Assembly (NCBI GenBank): GCA_964016885.1 | Contig: OZ024741.1 | Coordinates: 352,842,001-352,906,000 of the forward strand | DNA: 64,000 nt | Reading direction: 5' to 3' | DNA from: Eledone cirrhosa | Taxonomy: Eukaryota | Shown here: piece by piece, positions 14,463 through 28,516 of the stretch | Position numbering within the stretch: the first letter of the stretch is position 1 | Layout: each line of letters starts with the position of its first letter | Program-made: the position numbers and the translations under genes | Notes under the pieces: model-generated | Told to the model about the DNA's origin: nothing | The model's database searches: none | The model's input: the letters and a program-made list of their open reading frames with translations, nothing else

Positions 14463-14685
14463 GCAACTGCTGGACTTGAAAACAGTTGAGAATATTCTAG
14501 ACTGTTCTCAAGTCCAGCAGTTGCAAGCGGTGGGAGGGACTGTCCTGACAAAAACCAATCAAGCCTGAAATGCATAGACGGTTGTCCCCCTTGCTTCTGC
14601 TGGACACCACCAGAGGGCGTTAGCCCCGGTGTTTGCATAGCTACGGCTTCCTAAAACCGTGTTTCTTTAGAAATACGAAATTTCT
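14463..14685. repeat. Fold-back (14463-14524) plus GC-richer tail between microsatellites
   Basis: gcaactgctggacttgaaaacagt / actgttctcaagtccagcagttgc; (TA)n(GA)n to the left, (TA)n to the right. Confidence 0.7.
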
Positions 14686-14689
<4 letters not shown>

Positions 14690-14735
<46 letters not shown>

Positions 14736-16114
14736 GTGTATGTATGTATATATATGTGTATGTATGTATATATATGTGTATGTATGTATGTATGTATATA
14801 TATGTGTATGTATGTATGTATATATATGTGTATGTATGTATATATATGTGTATGTATGTATGTATATATATGTGTATCTATGTATGTATATATATGTGTA
14901 TGTATGTATATATATGTGTATGTATGTATGTATGTATATATATGTGTATGTATGTATGTATATATATGTGTATGTATGTATGTATATATATGTGTATGTA
15001 TGTATGTATATATATGTGTATGTATGTATGTATATATATGTGTATGTATGTATGTATATATATGTGTATGTATGTATGTATATATGTGTATGTATGTATA
15101 TATGTGTATGTATGTATATATATGTGTATGTATGTATGTATGTATGTGTGTATGTATATATGTGTGTATGTATATATGTGTGTATGTATGTATATATATG
15201 TGTATGTATGTATGTATATATATGTGTATGTATGTATGCATATATATGTGTATGTATGCATATATATGTGTATGTGTGTATGCATATATGTGTATGTGTG
15301 TATGCATATATGTGTATGTATGTATGTATATATATGTGTATGTATATATGTGTATGTATGTGTATGTATGTATATAGATGTGTATGTATGTATATGTATG
15401 TATGTATATATATGTGTATGTATGTATATATATGTGTATGTATGTATATATATGTGTATGTATGTGTATATATGTGTATGTATGTATGTGTATATATGTG
15501 TATGTATGTATGTATGTATGTATATATGTGTATGTATGTATGTATATATGTGTATGTATGTATGTATATATGTGTAAGTATGTATGTATATATATGTAAG
15601 TATGTATGTATATATATGTAAGTATGTATGTATATATGTGTAAGTATGTATGTATATGTGTACGTATGTATATATATATGTATATGTACGTAAGTATGTA
15701 AGTATATATATATGTATATGTATGTAAGTATGTAAGTATATATATGTATATGTATGTAAGTATGTAAGTATATATATGTATATGTATGTAAGTATATATA
15801 TGTATATGTATGTAAGTATATATATGTATATGTACGTAAGTATGTAAGTATATATATGTATATGTACGTAAGTATGTAAGTATATATATGTATATGTACG
15901 TAAGTATGTAAGTATATATATGTATATGCATGTAAGTATATATATGTACGTAAGTATGTAAGTATATATGTATATGTACGTAAGTATGTAAGTATATATG
16001 TATATGTACGTAAGTATGTAAGTATATGTATGTAAGTATATATATGTATGTAAGTATATATATGTATGTAAGTATATATATGTATGTAAGTATATATATG
16101 TATGTATATATAAG

Positions 16115-16152
<38 letters not shown>

Positions 16153-17684
16153 AGTATATATATGTATATATAAGTATATATATGTAAGTATATATATATA
16201 TATATATATATGTACGCAAGTATGTAAGTATATATGTATATGTACGTAAGTATGTAAGTATATGTACGTAAGTATGTAAGTATATGTAAGTATATATATG
16301 TATGTATATATAAGTATATATATGTAAGTATATATGTATATGTACGTAAGTATATATATATATATGTATATGTACGTAAGTATATATATATATATGTATA
16401 TGTACGTAAGTATATATATATATGTATATGTACGTAAGTATATATATATATATGTACGTAAGTATATATATATATATATGTACGTAAGTACATATATATA
16501 TATATGTACGTAAGTATATATATATATGTGCGTAAGTATATATATATGTGCGTAAGTATATATATATATATGTACGTAAATATATATATATATATGTGCG
16601 TAAGTATATATATATATATGTACGTAAGTATATTTATATATATGTACGTAAGTATTTATATATATATGTACGTAAGTATATATATATATATGTACGTAAG
16701 TATATATATATATATGTACGTAAGTATATATATATATATGTACGTAAGTATGTATATATATATATATGTACGTAAGTATGTATATATATATATATGTACG
16801 TAAGTATGTATATATATATATATGTACGTAAGTATGTATATATATATATATGTACGTAAGTATGTATATATATATATATGTACGTAAGTATGTATATATA
16901 TATATATGTACGTAAGTATGTATATATATATATATGTACGTAAGTATATATATATATATATATGTACGTAAGTATGTATATATATATATATGTACGTAAG
17001 TATATATATATATATATATGTACGTAAGTATATATATATATATATATGTACGTAAGTATATATATATATATATATGTACGTAAGTATATATATATATATA
17101 TATGTACGTAAGTATATATATATATATATATGTACGTAAGTATATATATATATATATATGTACGTAAGTATATATATATATATATATGTACGTAAGTATA
17201 TATATATATATATGTATGTACGTAAGTATATATATATATATGTACGTAAGTATATATATATATATATATGTACGTAAGTATATATATATATATATGTACG
17301 TAAGTATATATATATATATATATGTACGTAAGTATATATATATATATATATATGTACGTAAGTATATATATATATATATATATGTGTATGTACGTAAGTA
17401 TATATATATATATATGTGTATGTACGTAAGTATATATATATATATATATATATATGTGTATGTACGTAAGTATATATATATATATATGTGTATGTACGTA
17501 AGTATATATATATATGTATGTGTATGTACGTAAGTATATATATATATGTATGTATATGTACGTAAGTATATATATGTATGTATATGTACGTAAGTATATA
17601 TATGTATGTATATGTACGTAAGTATATATGTATATGTACGTAAGTATGTATATGTACGTAAGTATGTATATGTACGTAAGTATG

Positions 17685-17719
<35 letters not shown>

Positions 17720-17766
17720 ATGTACGTAAGTATGTATATATATATATATATGTGTATGTACGTAAG

Positions 17767-17809
<43 letters not shown>

Positions 17810-17892
17810 ATGTACGTAAGTATATATATGTATGTATGTATATGTACGTAAGTATGTATATATATATATATATGTGTATGTACGTAAGTATG

Positions 17893-17929
<37 letters not shown>

Positions 17930-18274
17930 ATGTACGTAAGTATGTATATATATATATATATATGTGTATGTACGTAAGTATATATATATGTATGTATATG
18001 TACGTAAGTATATATGTATATGTACGTAAGTATGTATATATATATGTATGTATATGTACGTAAGTATATATGTATATGTACGTAAGTATGTATATGTACG
18101 TAAGTATGTATATATATATATGTATGTATATGTACGTAAGTATGTATATATATATATATGTATGTATGTATATGTACGTAAGTATGTATATATATATATA
18201 TATATGTATGTGTGTATATGTACGTAAGTATGTATATATATATATATGTATGTATGTATATGTACGTTAGTATG

Positions 18275-18307
<33 letters not shown>

Positions 18308-18407
18308 ATGTACGTAAGTATGTATATATATATATATATGTATGTATGTATATGTACGTAAGTATGTATATATATATATATATATGTATGTATATGTACG
18401 TAAGTAT

Positions 18408-18439
<32 letters not shown>

Positions 18440-18541
18440 GTACGTAAGTATGTATATATATATATGTATGTATATGTACGTAAGTATGTATATATATATA
18501 TGTATGTATGTATATGTACGTAAGTATGTATATATATATAT
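14690..18541. repeat. ~3.9-kb compound (TA)/(TATG) satellite with higher-order unit ATGTACGTAAGT(AT)n
   Basis: Directly visible; the overlapping YI/HT/MC ORFs are artefacts. Confidence 0.98.
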
Positions 18542-18543
18542 AT

Positions 18544-18870
18544 GATATTTACCAAAAAGAAGAACAAGTCAACATCATTGGATATCATCTTGGTTAAGAG
18601 AGTGGAACTGGCTCTGTGCAGTGCCTTTGCTCACTATAAAAGCTTCACGGCACAGGCATTGCTTTGTATCTGGAGATCTCTCTGCACTTGTCGTCACATG
18701 GTACCATGGGCCCAGCACTGTGTCAATAATTGTCACAAGTGTAGTGTTTGTACCAGAGTTTTCAAGTCGCTGGCTGGACTAAAAGGTCACACTCGTTCAA
18801 CGCATCGGTAGGGGTTCTCCTACATGGATATAAAGTAGTGGCCGTACTCGAAAACGAGTTGGCAGCCACC
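18544..18870 (+). mobile_element. RTE-like LINE 3' end with C2H2 finger and (ATGT)n tail
   Basis: CSVCTRVFKSLAGLKGHTRSTH*, 3' hairpin ctcgaaaacgag, then atgtat repeats. Confidence 0.75.
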
Positions 18871-18921
18871 ATGTATATATATATGTATGTATATGTACGT
18901 AAGTATGTATATATATATGTA

Positions 18922-18957
<36 letters not shown>

Positions 18958-19738
18958 TATGTACGTAAGTATGTATGTATATGTATGTATGTATGTATAT
19001 GTACGTAAGTATGTATATATATATATGTATGTATGTATGTATATGTACGTAAGTATGTATGTATGTATATATGTATGTATGTGTATGTATGTATATGTAC
19101 GTATGTATGTATGTATATGTATGTATATGTACGTATGTATGTATATGTATGTATATGTACGTATATATGTACGTATGTATGCGTATGTATGTATATGTAT
19201 CTGTATGTATGTTTGTATATGTATCTGTATGTACGTATGTATGTATGTATATGTATCTATATGTATGTATGTATGTATGTATGTATATGTATGTATGTAT
19301 GTATATGTATGTATATGTATATGTATGTATGTGTATGTATATGTATGTATGTGTATGTGTGTATATGTATGTGTATGTATATGTATGTATGTGTATGTAT
19401 GTATATGTATGTATGTATATGTATGTATATGTGTATGTATGTGTATGTATGTATGTATGTATATGTATGTATATGTGTATGTATGTGTATGTATGTATGT
19501 ATATGTATGTATGTATATGTATGTATGTATGTATGTATATGTATGTATGTATGTATGTATGTGTATGTATGTATGTGTACGTATGTATGTATATGTACGT
19601 ATGTATATGTACGTAAGTATGTATATGTACGTATGTATATAAATATATATGTATGTGTACGCAAGTATATATATGTACGTATGTATATATATATGTGTGT
19701 ATATATATATATGCATGTATATATATATGCATGTATAT
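18871..19738. repeat. (TATG)n-rich compound microsatellite
   Basis: Directly visible. Confidence 0.98.
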
Positions 19739-19990
19739 AACATGTTTTGGCCAGTATTGGCCCAGGTCATGTCTAACTTAATAGCACCACCTGGCAAAAT
19801 CTTTCAAATCATGATTCGGGCACCATGGCCCATTCATATAGTTGTTGTTTGCAGGTGACATATCCTGCAATAGGAGCTTTATCTAGAATTGGAGGAATTT
19901 TATGGGATCTGTTTCTATTTTTGTGTGTTTTGGTGTGATGTTAAAGAAAGGGAGGATCAGTGGAGGTGAAATAATTGACCAAGGCAGCAA
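19737..19990 (-). mobile_element. CR1-like LINE 3' fragment
   Basis: FNITPKHTKIETDPIKF and the 3' UTR match 27850-28100 in reverse. Confidence 0.8.
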
Positions 19991-20160
19991 TATCATTGGC
20001 ACACTGAAAGCCGGGACAGTACTGAAGAGACCCTTATCAAGTCTGTTGTGCAGACCTACGTCAGGGCTGTTGGGTGAGACTTCAAATATCATGGCTGCTA
20101 AACACACACACACAAACACACACACAGACACACAGACAGAGAGAGAGAGAGAGAGAGAGA

Positions 20161-20338
20161 ATGGATGCAGTAAAAACCAGTTAGACCCTTATTCACCAAA
20201 GTACTCTATACTTGGGGTAGTAGAGTGGCTAATATGAAGGATTCAGGACTCCGACGACTGAGCTCCTGCCATTTCAACATCCATTCAGATCTAGCTGTTG
20301 AAATGACTGGAGCTCACCTATCTGTGTTCCGAATCCTT
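20161..20338 (-). mobile_element. Decayed fold-back element with hammerhead 3' half, same family as 55855-56048
   Basis: Shared tail caccaaagtactctatacttggggtagtagagtgg; minus strand reads GAAA-TGGC-aggagctca-GTCG-TC. Confidence 0.7.
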
Positions 20339-20354
20339 ATATATATATATATAT

Positions 20355-20550
20355 ATATTTAATATAGAAAAGGCTTCTACAGGACTAGAACTGTTTCATT
20401 CGGGAGAAATCATCAGGCTTCCTGATGATTTCTCCTGAATGAAACAGTTTGAGTCCTGTAAAAGCCTTTTCTATATTAAATATTTATACTCTGCTTTGTA
20501 TTGAGTACCTTACTTACTGTGGTTACCCCCGATTGAACCTGGGATAGACT
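20355..20550 (+). mobile_element. (TA)n-embedded fold-back element: arms 20355-20417/20421-20483 plus tail
   Basis: 63-bp arms with a 3-nt spacer; inverted homologue at 28261-28465. Confidence 0.85.
20415..20467 (+). ncRNA. Type I hammerhead ribozyme with one stem I mismatch
   Basis: AGGCTTC-CTGATGA-T-TTC(tcct)GAA-T-GAAA-CAG(tttgagtc)CTG-TA-AAAGCCT; the other arm retains GAAGCCT. Confidence 0.75.
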
Positions 20551-20799
20551 TATATATATATATAAACATATGTGCATGCATACATATATACACTAGTTGG
20601 TTGGAAATTGAGTGTGGTTTAGCTACTATATCTAACTGCTTGAACTACTATGTAAATTTATTCTTTGTTGATTCATATATATACGTTCATGAAGCAGTAG
20701 TGTATGATTTAAGGGTAATATACCTGCTATATATACCTGTTATATATATACCATATAGAGGTCTTTCCTATTGGCTCATAAAGACATAATATAATATGA

Positions 20800-21449
20800 T
20801 GTGGGAAGATACCATAGAAGTAGAGAGCTTCTGTTACATAGGTGACCTAAGTAGCAGTGAAGGTAGTTGCTTTTAAAGCAAAGTAGTTAAAGTAAGATTA
20901 GGGTGGAAAAAGTTCAAGCAGTTATTACTACTGTTGATGAGAAAGGAATTTTCTTTCTGAGTGAATGGTAGGATGTATGATGCTCGTATGTGAAGCATGG
21001 CATTACATTGTAGTAAATATTGGGCAGTAAATGATGAGGATATGTGAAGATTGGACACAAATGAATTGGGCCTGCTCTGTTGGATGTGTAATGTTAGTGT
21101 GCATGTAAGATCAAACATGGCAGAGCTGAGAGATAAATTTAGCATAAAAAGGAATCGGATGTAGTGTGCAAGAGAGAAATTTGCACTGTTATGGACATGT
21201 GATGTGGTGATGTGTACGAACAGTTATCATTAGGTGAAGAAGTACTCAAATGATTCCAGTGGTAGGACACTAGGAAGAGCAAGTCCGAGGAAAACCTGGA
21301 CTGAAGTGGCAGTGAGAGCTGATCTCAAATCACTGAACTTCACAGAAGAAGAGATGATGAATGAAAACATGTAGAAGGAAGCTGTGTTGGAGAAGACCCA
21401 TCCAACCCATGCAAGCATAGAAAAGCAGATGTAAAACGATGATGATGAC
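20800..21449 (+). mobile_element. RTE-like LINE 3' fragment with (gat)n tail, decayed
   Basis: Overlaps in sequence with 24180-24356; ends cccatccaacccatgcaagc...gatgatgatg. Confidence 0.8.
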
Positions 21450-22569
21450 AGATGTACACATATTTGTGTGTATGTAAAGAATATTATCAACTGCTTGCAA
21501 CAACGTCAACTACTACAACTACTACACCATGCTGCTGCTACTCCTACAAGTTACCATTGTTACTGCTACTTTGTTGTTGCTGTTATTGCTAAAAGAAAGA
21601 ACTAATAATTTATATTTTCTATTTTTTTTTCATTTTAAACAGCTGTAAATAATATAAAAAAACAATTATAAATCCCCCCCCCCCAAAAAAAAAAAACTGA
21701 ACCAGAAAAAAGAATTGTAAAATATAACAAATGTAAAATAAAACATGTAATGTAAAATTATATAAATAAATGATATATAAATATATATGAAAAAGCAAAC
21801 AATTGTGTCAATTTCTTAGAGTTGATAAAACCCTGTCTAAGGCTGGTGGATGCATTCTGGTATTTGTGTTCTGAGTTCAAATCTCACTATGAACAGTCAG
21901 TCACTGCTAATCCCTCATAAATACTGTTCATCAACTAGGAACACTGTAAAACAAAGAAAAAATTCGAGTAAGGTCTCAGGTTTGAGGATATCTTTTTTTC
22001 TCCCTCCCACGTGTCTCAGACATACTCTCCACCAAAAAAAGAAAAAAAACGCAAAAAAACTGAGCCACAAAATTTTGCTGAGGGTATTATCAAATTTTAT
22101 TTCATAAATATTTCACGTAATAATCAAGGAGAGAGAAAAAATAAAGAGGTGAAAACAAGCCAGTGGTACCCAGTGTATCAGCCACTTCACCATAAGGGGG
22201 AAACTTCCTTAGACATGATGCACTTTTCCGACCCCAGTTCTTGACCCCACTACTCATTAATGTAACTGACATGTATTGAGGATTTAGGTCAAGACTGTAA
22301 GGAAATAGCATAGTATCAATTTACAGTTTTCCCTCATCTCTAACTGCCTTTCTTTGTCTCTTTTTGTCCAGTTCACTCAGCTGGATGTCACTTGTGCCAT
22401 CAGCCTTTGCCTTTCCCTTGTATGACTTCAGTGGTGTGGAGAGAGGAGACTGGCAAACATGGGCATTTGCTGGTCTTGCACAAAAACACCTAGCCCAGGT
22501 TTGTATCTTGGAAGGGATCCTACTAGGTGCAAACGCATGGTCATTCATGACTAAAAGGTGCCTATGATA

Positions 22570-23217
22570 TTTTTAATGGCTTGGCTTTGCCAACAAAGAT
22601 TATGAAAGGAGTCGTCCCCATTGACTGCAGGCATGCTCATGGTTGTTCAGACCAATGTGGAACAGATAGGCATAACTGCAGTGGCTGTAGCTAAAGGTCT
22701 GGTCAGGGTTTGATGACTTGTTGTTCTTCATCCTGTGCCGTTTGTCTTCAAGGGTGGCCCTGTCAGTGTTTTCAAAGGAGGAGACAGCATGGTTTGGTGA
22801 GATGCCAGGCGTCACGGTTCTCAGCTAGGGTGAACCACCACTGATGGTTGATGTGACAAGCACCAAGGGATTTTTTCAAACTCCTTGTATTACTTCCTTG
22901 GTGCTTCCCTCTTGCGATGGTCTGTGGAGAGTTTGTCTTATTGTGTGAAGGTACCAAGATCATAGTCTATAGAGTCATAGTCATTACCACCTTCATATAT
23001 GACTCAGAGTTGTAGGTCACTTATTACCACCACCTTCAACTCCTCAAGCACTTCCACCAACACTGCCTCCACACCATCGTCAACATCCACTGGAGAGACT
23101 TTGTCACCAATATTGAAGTCCTTGAACAGGTGGAGGTCACCAGCATCAAGGCCATGTTGCTGAAGTCTTAGCTATGCTGATCAAGGCACGTCTCTAGGAT
23201 GAAGGATAGTTTCCTGT
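22570..23217. mobile_element. RTE (BovB/AviRTE-like) LINE fragment with 5' inversion
   Basis: Minus 22570-~22950 encodes the C-terminus (LKKSLGACHINH...ENRDAW); plus ~22948-23217 encodes the region just upstream (TKIIVYRV...FHQHCLHTIVNIHWRDFVTN). Confidence 0.85.
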
Positions 23218-23232
23218 ATTGTAAATCAATAC

Positions 23233-24356
23233 AAAATGGTGTCATACCTAATGACTGGCATAGCTGCATCATTGTCAACTACTACAAGGGCAAAGGAGAT
23301 GCTCTAGACAGAGAAAACTATAGAGGCATCAAGTTGGTTGACTAGGTTATGAAGGTCACTGAAAGAGTTATAGCAAAGCTGATTAGGGATAGAGTTAAAC
23401 TATATGAGATGCAGTTTGGATTTGTGCCAGGTAAAAGTTCCACAGATGCCCTCTGCTTTGTGAGACAACTGCAAAAGTACCTAGATAAAAGTAAACCTCT
23501 CAACTTGCCAATTGTTGACCTTGAAAAAGCTTTTGATAAAGTTCCCCGTTCCATTATCTGGCGGGCTCTTAGAAAACTAGGAATAGATGAGTGGCTTGTT
23601 AGAGCAGTACAAGCCATGTATAGAGGAATAGTCAGCAAGGTCAGAATTAACAATGACTACTGTGAAGAATTTAGTGTGCAGGTCAGTGTTCCTCAGAGCT
23701 CAGTTCTTAACCCTCTCCTGTTTATTATCATCGTGCAGGCTATGACAGAGGAGTTTAAGACTGGCTGCCCATGGGAATTTCGGTATGCAGATGGCCTAAC
23801 CCCTATAGCTGAATATATGGCAGAATTAGAGAAGAAATTCTAAACCTGGAAGTATGGTATGGCCTAGAATCAAGAGGTCTTAAAGTCAACTTGGCAAAAA
23901 CCAAAGTCCTAGTATGTAGAAAGGAAAACAGGGTCCAGATTCTTTTTGGGGAAATGGCCTTGCTCAGTGTGCAGGAAAGGAGTAGGTAGAAATTCCATCC
24001 TGTAGGTAGAAATTCCATCTTATGTCCCAAATGCAAACTAAAATTATGGGTACACGAGATGTAGTGGGATCTCAGACAAGCTAGCAAAGAACATAGGTTT
24101 TACATGTAGCCGATGCACAGGTGTAGTAATTAGCAAAAGCTCACAGGAAACTAGCTCCTTCAAATGCCCAGACGGCTCTGTAGAAATAGTAGATAGTTTC
24201 TGTTACCTGGGTGACCAAATTAGCAGTGGAGGAGGGTGTTCCGAAAGCACAGTAGCCAGAGTCAGAATGGGTTGGAGAAAGTTCAGGGAGCTACTACCAC
24301 TGCTAGCTACGAAAGGTTTTTCCCTCAAAATGAAAGGCAGATTGCATGATGCATAA
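23233..24356 (+). mobile_element. RTE-like LINE reverse transcriptase fragment with internal PHD-type finger, decayed
   Basis: QFGFVPGKSSTDA, VDLEKAFDKVP, VPQSSVLNPLLF, YADG; then CSVC...CPKC...WVH..C...CSRC; then FCYLGDQI. Confidence 0.9.
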
Positions 24357-25564
24357 ATATATTTTACTATAAATTTAGCCTTGACTATATAAATGTCCCA
24401 TGTCTCTGCACTTTCTTTTTGAGTGTAAATAGACATACTTATCAAAACCTGTCCTCTGATTACTGACAAATATATATTAAAGCTTGTCCTACAATAGCTG
24501 ACAGACCTATATTTATGATGACTAACAAAAAAATGTCCTCATTCTTCTTTGATCTATAATTCATTCTATAAAAGGTCTCAGATCTCACACAAGGAGAAAG
24601 CAAGAACTTTTCTGTCAATCAACACCAGTTCAAGAAGCAGGTAAGGCCACCAGTCCAGGTAAGACCATCACTCGTATGAACAAATATCTTCAGTGCAAGC
24701 AAGATTGAAAGTATGAACAACAATTATTTCCTCTTGTTGTGTGACTAGATTTTCAAAATCATATTTTCTTCTGGAATATCTTGGTTTACTTTTAAATTCC
24801 ACAATTTTTTAAATAGACCCCCCCCCCCCCCTCCAAAAAAAAAAAAAAAAATTGACTGGGGGACAAGGAAAATAATTTTTTTGTTTTACATTTAATATTT
24901 GGTGTGACCAAGGCGCAGATGCTTTTTTTGTTGGACCAGTTATTTTTTATTTCTTGATGCCCTGCCTACAACACAACATTCAACTGTAAAGTAGCCATGA
25001 ATTCATTCAGATATAATTATCAATATTATTTTCTATACCATCATTAACATTCATTGAACTTCAGAAAACCATAGTATCGACAATATATGGTTTATAAGCC
25101 ATTGAAGTGTTTGGAGTATTTCAGATATGAAAATGTGAGTGTCCCAAATGCAGAAAAAAACTGCTATAACAATGAATCGCTATAAATAATAGTTGAGAAA
25201 ATTGGGTAAATTACCCTTAGAGATGGAAAAAAGTGGACAGAGGTTCCTATTACGAATTGAAACCCGTATCTTTCAAGAGGGAGATAGAGAAGAAGCCCCT
25301 GTATGGTGCAAGTAATCATTCTAAGTTGGTGCTACTGATAATTGATCCCAGCCAAATCAAGCACTATATACAAATGAATTGTGCCAGCAGATGTTTTATA
25401 TGCAAAAAGTATATAAGTCATAGCTTATTCTTGCCTTAATATTGGGTGAGAAAACATCACTGATAATAGATTTTAAAATCCTGAAATACTAGTATCTGGC
25501 ATTCTCACATGGCTACTGAGATAATAGTGACATGATCAAAGCTTAAAACATTCATAGTGAGACT

Positions 25565-26525
25565 TCATCATTATCATCATCACTGTTTTATGCCCATTCT
25601 TCCATGCTAGCATGGGTTAGATGAGTTGTCCTGTTGTGGGCAATGCCAGGTCAGGTGACCATGTCTTACTCATACAGAACTGATTCTGGCTTGGTTTCTA
25701 CAGCTGGATGCCCTTCCTAACACCAACCTCATTTACAGTGAGTACTGGGTGCTTTTTGTCGTGACACCTACACAACCACTTTACAGTGGGAGAGGGTGGG
25801 GGCATACTGTCTATATGCTTCAGCCTTGGCTTGTACCTGTAGGAAGTCGGGTCTTCTGTATTACTGCGTAACACCAGAGGTCTATTTATTTTTGTTCCTT
25901 CATACTATGCTGTGTAAGATGGGTTGGACAGTGGAATATACATTCAAATTACAAAAGGCTGAGATGGTTATTTTTTGAAGGTATACTCCACTGTCTAACC
26001 GATTTTACACAGCACACTATGAAGGAACAAAGGTGAATATGAAGACATATGGATAATTGTTTCTACTTTTGGCACAAGGCCAGCAATTATTCCAGTGTAT
26101 TACTGGTACTTTATTTTATCGACCCCGTAAGGATGAAAGGCAAAGTGAACCTCGGTGGGATTTGAACTCAGACCATAAAGGGCCATAACTCTTTGCTGCA
26201 AAGCATGGCGTCCGACACTCTACCGAAACTGTCAATCCACCACCCTAAAGACCTATGTATAATAAGATATAAAAAGGCTAAGATGGTTATGTGGAAGCGC
26301 ATGGCCTAGTGGTAAGGTTGATCATACTGTAGAGGGTTCAATTCTTGGGCTGGGTTGTATGTTGTGTTTTTGAACAAAACACTTCATTTCACGTTGCTCC
26401 AGTATACACAGCTGAAAATGAATACCAACAAAAGCTGGGGGTTTGACCCTGCGATGGACTGGCGTCATGCCATGAAACCGGGATAAGTATCAGCCAGACG
26501 AGCCACCTGGCTTGAGAAAGACCTT
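25565..26525. mobile_element. SINE cluster: A 3' part minus 25565-25800; B minus 26055-26245; A plus 26293-26525
   Basis: Matches to the other family A and B copies in the window. Confidence 0.8.
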
Positions 26526-27075
26526 AAGATAGTTATAAGGGCACTCCTAGGTTACCAATATATTTTGCTGAATTATAACGAACGTGATCTAAGGACAAGC
26601 ACTGAAATATTTCAATCTACTTTAAAGGTATGGTGAGTCCCATAATCTGTTGGGATACACTCGAGAGCTGTGACATATCTAGGTTAACTTGGTGGAGCCT
26701 ATCCACAGTGTAATATATCTATACCAATTACACTTTGAAAAGTGGTTTCTGATAGGAAAGGTATCCAGAAAGGCTACCAAACACAGTGACGAGACATACA
26801 CATGTATATATACACACTTTTTTCCGCTATAATTTTAAAACAAGTCATGTAAGGGAGAAAACTCTTGAATTGCATTAAAAAATTATGCGAGGGATAACTC
26901 TGCATGATTTATTAACTAAGCGTGGATATGAGCAGCGTGAAGCATTGATAGTAATTTATTGATGAGGGATATTGCTAAATAGTAACATTACACACATACA
27001 CACACACACTCAAGCGCACACACATACACACGCGCGCGCACACACATACACGCGCACGCACATCTATATATATAC

Positions 27076-28103
27076 AGTAGTGGTGTCCCACAAGGCATTG
27101 TGTTGGGCCCACTTCTCTTCATTATCTATATAAATGACGTTACTGACATTAAGCACAGCAACATAAGAATCTTTGCAGATGATTCCAAGCTTCAGAAAGT
27201 CATCAATGGAGTGGGTGACCGGACATGCCTTCAATCAGATCCAATGGTCGGAAAAGAACAATATGCTGCTGAATGAGAATACATTTTAGTTAATCTACTT
27301 TGGAACAGAAGACACACTGAAACTCCTATACTCCCTTCAGGTGAAACTCTCTTGGCATCCAACAACACCAGAGACTTGGGAATAATTGTTGAGGATAACA
27401 TAAGCTGGACCACTCATATAAACGGTAAAGTTGACATGGCCCGCAGAATGTGTTCCTGGATTATAAGGACTTTCCAGTCGAGAGATATCCACATTATTAT
27501 CCTTCTCTTCTCCACTTTTGCCAGACCCCACTTTGAATATGTGATCTCCCCCTACGAAACAAAGCATCATGAAAATTGAAGCATCCCAAAGGTCAATTAC
27601 AAAAAAGATAGATGGCATGACAGACCTTGGCTAATGGGGTCGACTAGAACTTTATTCTCTCCAACCTCACCGTGAGTGCTACATTATCTGCATAATGTGG
27701 AAAATATTCCATCAGCATTGCCCAAATGATGATGGCATCAACTTTAATGTACACCCAATGCTTAGACCCCGTGCTATCCACCCACAACAAAAATCACATT
27801 CACATTTCATAACAATACGGCACCATTATTTTACCTCAATTGGCTCTGATCTCTTTAAAATTACACCAAAACACATTAAAGCAGAAACAGACCCCATAAA
27901 GTTGAAGAAGTCTTTGAACAAATTCCTTCAAGAAATCCCGGATAAACCTCCTACACCCGGATGTGTCTCCGTAAACAATAACTCTACTTGAGTGGGACAT
28001 GGTGTACAAATCCTGATTTAAAAGACTTCGCCAGGTAGTGCTTTTAAGTTAGACATGGCCTGGGCCAATATTACCCGAAACTTATGAAAGTTATCAAAGT
28101 TAT
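27076..28103 (+). mobile_element. 5'-truncated CR1-like LINE, decayed
   Basis: SGVPQGIVLGPLLFIIYIND, IFADDSKL, RDLGIIVEDNISWTTHI, RPHFEY; tail aagttatcaaagttat. Confidence 0.9.
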
Positions 28104-28209
28104 ACGCGAGGGAATGCTGAAAAGTTCCTTGCTTTGGGTAAAAGAAAATACAGGCGGATTAGTTAATTATGATTTTATTTAATATATTACCCTCTCAGAT
28201 TCACACCTT

Positions 28210-28210
<1 letters not shown>
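28104..28210 (+). mobile_element. Possible mariner-like terminal fragment
   Basis: cgagggaatgctgaaaagttcc resembles mariner TIR starts; no second TIR seen. Confidence 0.4.
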
Positions 28211-28260
<50 letters not shown>

Positions 28261-28264
<4 letters not shown>

Positions 28265-28462
28265 CCCAAGCTAAAACGGGGGTAGCCACAGTGGAAAATG
28301 TACTCAAAATACTAGTAGAGTATAATCATGATAATTTAATGTAGAAATGGGTTCTACAGGACTAGAACTATTTCATTCGTATGAAATCATCATGGCAATC
28401 TTGACGATTTCATACGAATGTAACAGTTCTAGTCCTGTAGAAGCCATTTCTATATTAGATTA

Positions 28463-28465
<3 letters not shown>
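28261..28465 (-). mobile_element. Fold-back element of the 20355-20550 family with degenerate hammerhead cores
   Basis: Tail and arms align in reverse with 20355-20550; flanked by (TG)n and (TA)n. Confidence 0.85.

Positions 28466-28516
<51 letters not shown>

Noticed and set aside
16300-18541. CRISPR-like repeat-spacer pattern
   Set aside because: The repeat is ~12 bp, the spacers are only (AT)n, there are no cas genes, and the context is eukaryotic
14633-19797. Very long ORFs (up to 1236 aa) rich in Y/I/H/T/M/C/V
   Set aside because: Translations of stop-poor TA/TATG repeats, open in several frames on both strands
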